DNA of 64,000 nucleotides from Eubacteriales bacterium (GTDB lineage Bacteria; Bacillota; Clostridia; Oscillospirales; CAG-272): NCBI GenBank assembly GCA_045631745.1, contig JAZQVI010000028.1, positions 1,489 to 65,488 of the forward strand, read 5' to 3'. Shown piece by piece: positions 62,273 to 64,000 of this stretch (position 1 is its first letter; each line of letters starts with the position of its first letter). The notes under the pieces were generated by a model. It saw only the letters and a program-made list of their open reading frames with translations, ran no database searches and was not told where the DNA came from. The position numbers and the translations under genes were made by a program.

Positions 62273-62287
62273 AGCGTTCTCCTTCTT

Positions 62288-62881
62288 TCAGAATGAAACA
62301 AGCAGGGCGCGGCAGGGTGAGCCATCCGCACCTGCAAGAGAGAGCGGCGCGGCGCAAAGGAAGTATACCCCCTCGGGCACCTCCCCAAGACGGATACCCT
62401 CAAGGAGCGCGATCCCCTTCCCCAAAAGGATCTTGTGCACCTGCATGGGTGCGTGTTCGGGCCCAACGGTCTGCGATTCGTTGCCAACAAGCACAACATC
62501 TGCCCCGGCAAATACCTCTGCCGCCTCGGCAGTGACCACCGCATTACCCTTGATCAAAATCCGCTTGGCGGACTCATCACACGCGTCTTTTGCGTCCTTC
62601 AGGATCGCTCTTGCACGCTCGGCGTCAACAGTTCCCTCCTGCTCGGTCACATATGCGTAGCCCACCATCTTGGAAAGATCCAGCCCCTCCACCGTCTCCC
62701 CATCATCAAAAAAATGATAGGGGGCATCGATATGCGTGCCGTTATGGGCGCACATGGAAAAGGCGGTGAGGTTGCAGACGGCTCCATCCCCAATGGAGGA
62801 AAGCGACTCGCGTTTTGGCGCCGGATCCCCCGCGAACACCGCAGAGGTGAACACCTCCTGTGAAATATCGTAAATCTTCAT
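62288..62881 (-). CDS. cyclase family protein (kynurenine formamidase-like)
   Basis: HNGTHIDAPYH matches the HxGTHxDxPxH putative-cyclase motif. Confidence 0.82.
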   Translation of the reverse strand: MKIYDISQEVFTSAVFAGDPAPKRESLSSIGDGAVCNLTAFSMCAHNGTHIDAPYHFFDDGETVEGLDLSKMVGYAYVTEQEGTVDAERARAILKDAKDACDESAKRILIKGNAVVTAEAAEVFAGADVVLVGNESQTVGPEHAPMQVHKILLGKGIALLEGIRLGEVPEGVYFLCAAPLSLAGADGSPCRALLVSF

Positions 62882-62884
62882 AAA

Positions 62885-63214
62885 TCAAAAAATACCCTTG
62901 TTATATTTCTGCATGGCGGCAAAGGAAATTGCGAGCCCTGCCCCAAGACCTACAAACAGAACGACAAGACCTATGAGGACACAGAGATCGCTCTGTGTTT
63001 TTTCATACGCATAAAGGCTTGCACCATACAGAATGATCGACACGCCGATGAGAATGTTTCCAAGGCCCACACGGCGTCCGAATTTGAGGAAGTCCTTCTT
63101 TGCCACACGCTTGTAATGATAGGAATGCAGCGGCTTCAGGTTGCCACAGCAATTAAGGACACCAAAGAAAATGAGGATTCCTCCCACAAGCGCAAGAAGA
63201 ATAAATGCAATCAT
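62885..63214 (-). CDS. small membrane protein (DUF3784/SdpI-like)
   Basis: Three hydrophobic helices around a ..KPLHSYHYKRV.. loop. Start chosen at MIAFILL (63214), immediately after the bcp stop. Confidence 0.55.
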   Translation of the reverse strand: MIAFILLALVGGILIFFGVLNCCGNLKPLHSYHYKRVAKKDFLKFGRRVGLGNILIGVSIILYGASLYAYEKTQSDLCVLIGLVVLFVGLGAGLAISFAAMQKYNKGIF

Positions 63215-63215
63215 A

Positions 63216-63680
63216 TCAACCCACCTGTGCGAGCATCGCAAGGATCTCGCTCGCATTGGTATCGGGCTTGACCTTGGGCATCACCGCCTCAATCACGCCC
63301 TCTGCGTTGATCAGATAGGTGGTTCGCACCACGCCCATGCTCACCTTTCCGCACATCTTCTTTTCCTGCCACACGCCGTACGCCTCGATCGCCTCCCGGT
63401 CGGGGTCGGAGAGCAGGATGAAGGGGAGATTGTTCTTCTCCGCAAACTTTGCATGAGAAGAAACACTGTCGCGGCTGATGCCGATCACAACAATCCCTCT
63501 CCGCTCAAATTCCGCATACGCCCCTGCAAAAGCACACGCCTGACGGGTGCAACCGGGGGTGTGATCCTTGGGGTAAAAATACAGCACAACGCGTTTTCCG
63601 AGAAAATCGTGCAGGGAGACAGTCTCTCCGTTCTGATTTTGCAAGGTAAAGTCGGGGGCTTTCATTCCGATTTCTAACAT
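63216..63680 (-). CDS. bcp: thioredoxin-dependent thiol peroxidase (Bcp-type peroxiredoxin)
   Basis: APDFTL.NQNGE.VSL.DF.GK.VVLYFYPKD.TPGCT (peroxidatic Cys). Start chosen at the ATG at 63680 (MLEIGMK), ~8 nt after ggag; the track ORF extends upstream with no support. Confidence 0.88.
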   Translation of the reverse strand: MLEIGMKAPDFTLQNQNGETVSLHDFLGKRVVLYFYPKDHTPGCTRQACAFAGAYAEFERRGIVVIGISRDSVSSHAKFAEKNNLPFILLSDPDREAIEAYGVWQEKKMCGKVSMGVVRTTYLINAEGVIEAVMPKVKPDTNASEILAMLAQVG

Positions 63681-63748
63681 ATTCATATCTCCGTTTCCTG
63701 TTACTTTGATTTCATTATACCATACCCTCGAGGAGTTGTCAACCTTAC

Positions 63749-63791
63749 AAAAAATGAAAGGGCGTCTTCTTGCAATCGCGAGAAGACGCCC
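63749..63791 (-). terminator. intrinsic terminator after the MATE gene
   Basis: Hairpin gggcgtcttct..agaagacgccc, followed on the minus strand by tttcatttttt. Confidence 0.7.
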
Positions 63792-63796
63792 GTCCT

Positions 63797-64000
63797 TTAA
63801 TAATGATATTTTTCTCTCTTTGCAAAAAGGAAGATTGCCGAAACGCCGACCGACATCATTTCCGCAATCACGATAGACCACCAGATGCCGTCGATCCCCC
63901 ACACCATGGGAAGGAACAGAACTGCCGTCACCTGGAAGAAGGCGGTTCGAAGGAAGGAGATGATCGCAGAAGTCACGCCATCGTTGAGGGCGGTGAAAAA
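63797..64000 (-). CDS. MATE-family efflux transporter, C-terminal 67 codons (N-terminus beyond the window end)
   Basis: My minus-strand translation is FFTALNDGVTSAIISFLRTAFFQVTAVLFLPMVWGIDGIWWSIVIAEMMSVGVSAIFLFAKREKYHY*. The GIDGIWWS..IAE ending is typical of Clostridial MATE proteins. Confidence 0.7.
   Translation of the reverse strand, partial: FFTALNDGVTSAIISFLRTAFFQVTAVLFLPMVWGIDGIWWSIVIAEMMSVGVSAIFLFAKREKYHY

Noticed and set aside
1-64000. Search for CRISPR arrays, IS elements/transposases, intact integrases, prophage genes, rRNA and toxin-antitoxin pairs
   Set aside because: None found by reading. The only short-period repeats are the in-gene 195-bp coding repeats, the 1.9 kb paralog array, the cotJC 3' duplication and the tRNA-Lys tandem unit. 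None has repeat-spacer CRISPR architecture.

Overview
64 kb chromosomal segment from a moderately high-GC, spore-forming Firmicute. It looks Clostridia/Oscillospiraceae-like (inference from cotJABC, the SCIFF RiPP pair, yaaT/holB/yabB synteny, a T-box leader and the codon style). Most of it is housekeeping: ileS with an Ile T-box, trmK-nif3, holB-yaaT, ttcA-like, ygiQ, rpsU, dus, glnA, bcp, tRNA-Lys(UUU) and tRNA-Pro(UGG). No rRNA, CRISPR array, transposase or intact integrase was seen. Many long ORFs in the track are antisense artefacts of GC3-rich genes. Several real genes are missing from the track because they are under 60 aa or run off the window: ileS, a MATE C-terminus, a 2x[4Fe-4S] ferredoxin, SCIFF scfA, rpsU and a 58-aa ORF. 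Five accessory or unusual regions stand out. (1) The best candidate for an undescribed system is a 12.7 kb single-strand operon (28243-40887, minus) that encodes only exported proteins. It holds a 1007-aa secreted protein with duplicated lectin-like modules and Listeria/Bacteroides-type repeats, a small acidic lipoprotein, an orphan solute-binding-protein-like lipoprotein, and four tandem ~1.9 kb paralogs of a lipoprotein that fuses a glycosidase-accessory-like N-domain to a ComEC-type metallo-beta-lactamase domain (HYH[A/S]DH). The paralogs differ in the state of their export signals. (2) A lower-GC class III fic cassette lies between two copies of the cotJC 3' end. (3) An AT-rich ~1.6 kb islet next to tRNA-Pro carries a lone P-loop NTPase. 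(4) A 156-bp tandem repeat directly downstream of tRNA-Lys has identical flanks, a divergent 34-nt core and a pseudo tRNA 3' end. (5) A cytoplasmic sugar-catabolism cluster has an unassigned enzyme combination. All functional calls come from reading motifs by eye; no database search was run.
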